A stretch of DNA of 64,000 nt from a virus (taxonomy: Duplodnaviria > Caudoviricetes), in IMG/VR virus record IMGVR_UViG_3300029305_003510, positions 96,001 to 160,000 of that record; one strand, written 5' to 3'. The notes under the pieces are model-generated. The model was not told where the DNA came from and ran no database searches. It saw only the letters and a program-made list of their open reading frames with translations. Both the position numbers and the translations under genes were made by a program. Positions 59,598-64,000 of this stretch are shown in pieces (position 1 is the first letter of the stretch; the number at the start of each line of letters is the position of its first letter).

Positions 59598-60374
59598 TCA
59601 CAGAATTTGGAAATAACATGGACCAGTACGATCAGGAAGAGTTTTTGTTTGCAGCTCTCTGATGTAATCTTCACGGTCTTTTGCTGCGGACTCCCAGTCA
59701 GATACACGAAGGCTCAGATTACCGGTAGGTGTAACAACATCTTCCATAAATTTCAGCTCATTCCAGAGTTTAATTTTTATATCAAACTGTGCTAAAGTGA
59801 GCAAGATCTCTCTGTACTCTTCAGGGATAGACACTATATTTGGCCAAGGCACTTTGAGGTTCAGTTCTACAATTCCACTATATGTATAATTACGGAGATA
59901 TAGAGTTCGTGGCCCTCTTAGTTCTTTATAAGCTTTATACGGAACGGCAGAATCGATCAAAGTTCTATTGTAAGTATACTCAGAGCCCATCAGAACGCCT
60001 TCAAGTGTCAAATTATGACGAGAAGCTATGATACTCGAGTAGTAGGCCGAAGATTCGGGATCAAAAGGATCTACGGCATTAACTGAGTTTGGTGTAATCT
60101 TATCAACACCAAGAACTGGAAGTTTAAATTTATCCAGTATCGGATCGTTAATGTAATACTCTACACCTAAAGTATGATGATCTTTTCGAACAATGTTAGC
60201 ATCATCTTCAAGATCCAAATATGTCATATAATGTGCAGGGATAAGATTACTGAAAGTAACAAGGGTGCTACGATCGATCAGTTTCACAAGATCTGTGAAT
60301 CTATTTTCAAGACCGAGAATATCTAATCCCATCATATCTTCAAACAACGTCCGAAAGAAATTATTGACGTTCAC
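59598..60374 (-). CDS. Hypothetical late/virion protein (possibly neck or head completion)
   Basis: GTG start after AGGAGG; late-type promoter at 60395-60406. Confidence 0.65.
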   Translation of the reverse strand: MNVNNFFRTLFEDMMGLDILGLENRFTDLVKLIDRSTLVTFSNLIPAHYMTYLDLEDDANIVRKDHHTLGVEYYINDPILDKFKLPVLGVDKITPNSVNAVDPFDPESSAYYSSIIASRHNLTLEGVLMGSEYTYNRTLIDSAVPYKAYKELRGPRTLYLRNYTYSGIVELNLKVPWPNIVSIPEEYREILLTLAQFDIKIKLWNELKFMEDVVTPTGNLSLRVSDWESAAKDREDYIRELQTKTLPDRTGPCYFQIL

Positions 60375-60492
60375 AATAACACCTCCTATTGATTTATAAG
60401 GTTGTTCCAGATTTCCGATTTGGTGAGTAGTTAAGATATATATTATATCTATAGAAATAAGAAACCAATACAGAAAGAAAGGTTGGGACAAA

Positions 60493-61092
60493 ATGGCACA
60501 GATATCAATAGAAGAGCGTATTCAACGTACATATGAATATGTAATAAATAAACTTGATCTGCCAGAATGTATTGATCCGGAGGATATCCGTCAAGAGATC
60601 GCTGTCTTTATATTAGAACATCCAGAAACAGATCGGCGATGGTATAAGTTGCAATCAGTAGAACATATTAAAAACTGGTTAAAACGTGAGTATAATTATC
60701 ATGCATCACATATTCAAGTAGATGATATCGATGATGATATTTCATTTGCTGATTCATACATGATATCTAAAGATGAGGAGTATGAATATAATGAATTGCG
60801 AACCAGAATAGTGCGAGAAATAATAGATGACTGTCTCTTTACACTTACATCAAGAGAAAGCGCAGTCTTACGATTACACTATGGATATGATAATCATGAT
60901 CCTGTACCATTATATCAAGTTAGTAAGATGTTAGTAGACCAAAAATTGCAATCTCAGATACGCAGTGTCTCACTTATCAGCATAGTACATATAAAGGCCC
61001 TTGATAAATGTAGACACTATACTCGAGCAAAATATCTAAAACCGCTATATGGCTATTATGACGAAACGCCAATACAATTTTTCATCGTTTAG
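60493..61092 (+). CDS. Sigma-70 family-like protein
   Basis: EDIRQE (region 2-like) and LTSRESAVLRLHYG...KALDKCR (region 4-like). Confidence 0.6.
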   Translation: MAQISIEERIQRTYEYVINKLDLPECIDPEDIRQEIAVFILEHPETDRRWYKLQSVEHIKNWLKREYNYHASHIQVDDIDDDISFADSYMISKDEEYEYNELRTRIVREIIDDCLFTLTSRESAVLRLHYGYDNHDPVPLYQVSKMLVDQKLQSQIRSVSLISIVHIKALDKCRHYTRAKYLKPLYGYYDETPIQFFIV

Positions 61093-61094
61093 AA

Positions 61095-61137
61095 AAGAAA
61101 GACACCCGGGAATAACTTCCCGGGTGTTCTTTTTTTA
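61095..61137. repeat. Conserved terminator family, copy 3 (bidirectional)
   Basis: GACACCCGGGAA..TTCCCGGGTGTTCTTTTT. Confidence 0.8.
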
Positions 61138-62010
61138 TTTCTGGAAGAGTCTGTAATACTCAGCACCGATCAGCTTATTCAGAGGCATGACAACAGTCTG
61201 CTTGGTATCACCAATTACTCGAGTAATCTTCAGAGCGTTTTCGCTGATAACCATGGAATCATAGTCCAGATTCAGACTATCACAAACCATAGAGATCTTT
61301 TCTTTACTCACAGACTCACTGAGCAGGAAATCTTTGAAACTGGGATCATTGGCAACATCCAGACGGACTGCGGACTCACTCATAGTATTACCGGAAGGCA
61401 CATTGAAGTTATTGAATTTCACAGAACCTTCTTTCATATAAGCTTCTTTATGAGAAGGACGGAATACGCAGTCAATATAGCACAGGGTATATCCTGGAAG
61501 AACTTTGCCGGATTTATCAACACCCCCGATAGCACGGCTGGATGCCATAGCAGGGACACCGCTGAGAATACGATCACGGACCATATCACCATAGCCACCG
61601 GCAGTGGTAGTACACTCACCGATAAGCAAATTACCTTCCATATGAGGCTTCTTTACGATCCAACAAACGGCAGGAGGCCAAAGAGTCATCTGACGAGCAA
61701 GCTCATTTTGACCCTTTTCAATTTGGGGATGACCGTATTCACCGCCCCAGGTACCCATTTTCAGATCATGCTGGATCAGGGGGTTGGTTTCGATAGAACG
61801 CATAATATCCTGGTCACCGTAGATACGACCATTCCAGTTACGAACATTGGCACTCTGAAGAACCTGTTGGAAAGTAAGAGTAAGAATTTTTCTACCGCCG
61901 TGTTCGACAACATTCTCACTCAAAATCTTATGATGTTTAGCATTCGTCTCCTCATCAACGAGAGTTTCGTTGAGGAGATAGTATTCGACTTTTTCATTAT
62001 TTACAAACAT
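61135..62010 (-). CDS. Prohead protease (T4 gp21-like)
   Basis: NWNGRIY, GEYGHP, SSRAIG and DCVFRPSH motifs. Confidence 0.85.
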   Translation of the reverse strand: MFVNNEKVEYYLLNETLVDEETNAKHHKILSENVVEHGGRKILTLTFQQVLQSANVRNWNGRIYGDQDIMRSIETNPLIQHDLKMGTWGGEYGHPQIEKGQNELARQMTLWPPAVCWIVKKPHMEGNLLIGECTTTAGGYGDMVRDRILSGVPAMASSRAIGGVDKSGKVLPGYTLCYIDCVFRPSHKEAYMKEGSVKFNNFNVPSGNTMSESAVRLDVANDPSFKDFLLSESVSKEKISMVCDSLNLDYDSMVISENALKITRVIGDTKQTVVMPLNKLIGAEYYRLFQK

Positions 62011-62123
62011 GGAAACTCTCCTCCTGAATTTTAGGATAGTATATTAGTGTTCAGGTCCATTAAAACAAGATTAGGAGGACATCACTATAAGACTTTTCAT
62101 AGATAGGAGGTGTCAAAACCGCA

Positions 62124-63272
62124 ATGATTCGCAATATGTTATTGCAAGAGGCCATTGAGACAAAGTCTGGTGCTGATGCGGTTGTTGCATCGATCAAAAA
62201 ACTGATGAACACTGCAAAGTTGACCAAATATAAGTCAACTGATAGTTGTGCTAAATTTTATAGCACATTTTTTCTCTGCACACTCCCTGAAGATGTAGAA
62301 GCTCAGCCAACTGTAAATGACTGGGGATATATCTACACGGCTCTTTTGAGCAATGATCCTTTCTGTGCCGATTTGGCCGCTTATATGGCATTATATCACC
62401 CTGCTATTTATACTGGCATTTTTTCTCCGCTCTGGGGTCTGATCCAGTCGGAAGTAACTACAATGAAGCAAAATCGGGTCAGATATTTGACTCTCACAAA
62501 AACAATGATTGCTATGTTACAAACGCGGATGGCAGGGGTTGGTGAATTGGTTCGCTCTCAGATCAATGACCCAGAAGCTTTGAAATTTGTGACGATTGTT
62601 GATCAGGTTCTGAATCAGATGGTTTTTGATTTAACATCTCAGATTCAAACTGAGATTGCAAAAGCTGCTGATCCTGATGATATTGTGTATAGCACAAAAG
62701 GTGACGCTAGTTATCTTAGCGAAACTGCCGAAGAAATTATCTCTTTGCTGGAATCTGCTGATGCTTTCATTGATCAGAAACAGGCTGAGTATCTTGACGA
62801 AGGAATTGTGAACAATGTCAAGGAAAGCGCCAAAGCGACTCTTGTTGCGAAGAAGAAAGCCGAGAATGAATTCGATGAATTCGTTATGAAGAAGGTCAAG
62901 AAACTTCGTGAAGAGAGGCGAAATAAGAAGCACGCTGAGATGGTCGGAGAATCTCTTCGTATCAATCGTGAGATTAAACGACTGCTTAGAAGCGGAGCTA
63001 TCGGAATTCTCAATCCTGCATGGGGTGTCATCTCCTATGTGATTTCTGTTGTCTATGATCGTGCTACTGATAAGAAAGATAGAGCGATTCTTGTCGGTCA
63101 GCTGAAAGATGAGTTAGAGATTGTAGAAGAGAAGATCCAGATGGCTGAGCGTAATGGTGACGAGAAAGCTCGTATTGAGCTGATTCGTTTCCGTCAGAAA
63201 CTCCAGAGAGAGTATGAGCGTATCCAACGTATGCGTTGGGATCCCCAGACTCGTGCCAGAGTGAATCGTTAA
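62124..63272 (+). CDS. Probable internal head protein
   Basis: Late-type promoter; several L-x-E sites (LQEA, LSET, LLES, LDEG); next to the protease gene. Confidence 0.6.
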   Translation: MIRNMLLQEAIETKSGADAVVASIKKLMNTAKLTKYKSTDSCAKFYSTFFLCTLPEDVEAQPTVNDWGYIYTALLSNDPFCADLAAYMALYHPAIYTGIFSPLWGLIQSEVTTMKQNRVRYLTLTKTMIAMLQTRMAGVGELVRSQINDPEALKFVTIVDQVLNQMVFDLTSQIQTEIAKAADPDDIVYSTKGDASYLSETAEEIISLLESADAFIDQKQAEYLDEGIVNNVKESAKATLVAKKKAENEFDEFVMKKVKKLREERRNKKHAEMVGESLRINREIKRLLRSGAIGILNPAWGVISYVISVVYDRATDKKDRAILVGQLKDELEIVEEKIQMAERNGDEKARIELIRFRQKLQREYERIQRMRWDPQTRARVNR

Positions 63273-63292
63273 GAAAGGAGGATATTGTACTC

Positions 63293-64000
63293 ATGAATCT
63301 TTCTAATCTGAGACTCCAGGCTCTTTTAGAAGCTGCTGAAGATGATAAAAAGAAAAAGAACACCGCCAATGATAAAGCGGATGAAACTGAAGAGGCGGAA
63401 GAAGAACAGGAGGAAGAGGAAACCCCTGTAGAGGATGAAGAGACTCCAGAGGAAGATCCTCCGGCTGAAGACAAGGAAACAGAAGAATCCGAGGAGGATG
63501 CACAGGATGGCGAAGAGGAAGAGCCCGCTGACGATCCAGAACCCGAAGGAAACGAACCTGAAACCCCGACCGAAGACACGCCCCCCGAAGGGGAAGAATC
63601 GGAAGAAGGTACCGGTAGTGAAGGTGAAGCTGTAGAGGGTGAAGAAGGAGAAGACGGTAACGACTTTTCTCTTGACAGTGATGATCCTGAGGGTGGTGGA
63701 GAAGATGAAGGACCTGCCCCTGATGGATTACCTGAACCGGATGATGACGGTTCTAGTGACGACACCGCTGGTGATGAACCTATTGAAACCAATGTCCAGA
63801 CAAATATTCTAAATCTCTCTAAGCTTGATCGTGCCATCGCTAAGAGAACTTGTTATCAGATGTTTATGGATTTACGTTCTACAGTTTCCTCCTCTATTAA
63901 TATGATTGATAGGAATGAAACTGTCATTGACCCTGATGTACGGGACTCCGTTACTGCTAATTTGAATAAGATTCTGAAGCAGTTGAACGAATTCCTTACA
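63293..64000 (+). CDS. Highly acidic probable head protein (partial, runs off the window)
   Basis: SD AAAGGAGG; MNLSNLRLQALLEAAEDD followed by an E/D/P/G-rich tract; no stop before 64000. Confidence 0.75.
   Translation, partial: MNLSNLRLQALLEAAEDDKKKKNTANDKADETEEAEEEQEEEETPVEDEETPEEDPPAEDKETEESEEDAQDGEEEEPADDPEPEGNEPETPTEDTPPEGEESEEGTGSEGEAVEGEEGEDGNDFSLDSDDPEGGGEDEGPAPDGLPEPDDDGSSDDTAGDEPIETNVQTNILNLSKLDRAIAKRTCYQMFMDLRSTVSSSINMIDRNETVIDPDVRDSVTANLNKILKQLNEFLT

Larger units (their letters stand above)
7498..60447 (+). promoter_or_regulatory. Dispersed early-type promoter motif TAYATAYTATA (12 sites)
   Basis: Sites at 7498 (core only), 17031, 27302, 28275, 35785, 38172, 41096, 45378, 49034, 52851, 56781 and 60437; all intergenic and on the + strand. 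Confidence 0.8.
4153..62089. promoter_or_regulatory. Dispersed late/middle-type promoter motif RACA-N6-TA (14 sites)
   Basis: Minus strand: 4153, 7401, 12504, 24109, 60395, 62040. Plus strand: 18860, 26620, 27249, 28219, 38562, 47508, 55912, 62078. Each is oriented toward a downstream start. Confidence 0.7.

Noticed and set aside
1-64000. Alternative genetic code (TAG/TGA recoding as in some gut jumbo phages)
   Set aside because: Conserved genes are intact under code 11, and TAA, TGA and TAG all end genes at sensible positions.

Overview
This window looks like a segment of a jumbo tailed-phage genome of the phiKZ/AR9 type, using the standard genetic code. The host is probably a Firmicute (strong AGGAGG Shine-Dalgarno (SD) sites, Firmicute-type holin motifs). 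It encodes three fragments of split multisubunit RNA polymerase beta subunits, a PhuZ/TubZ-like tubulin, DnaB-, Dda/RecD- and RecA-like proteins, an SbcD-like nuclease, type II topoisomerase A and B subunits, an NAD-dependent ligase, dTMP-synthesis genes (thyA, DHFR, dCMP deaminase), IF-1, a MazF-like fusion, a sigma-like protein, a T4 gp21-type prohead protease, and tail/baseplate and holin genes. Two recurring intergenic motifs explain most transcription units: TAYATAYTATA (early-like) and RACA-N6-TA (AR9 late-like). Three observations are not explained by these annotations. (1) A 10-residue motif, D-x-[DEKQ]-G-[FY]-x-x-[LM]-x-[PR], occurs 9 times in 7 otherwise unrelated non-virion proteins, mostly in terminal tails; it is a candidate docking or targeting signal. 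(2) A ~430-nt G-U-rich structured non-coding region follows the ligase gene and is a candidate large ncRNA. (3) A promoter-terminator cassette occurs once empty and once filled with a sigma-like gene. All calls come from reading motifs by eye; no database searches were run.
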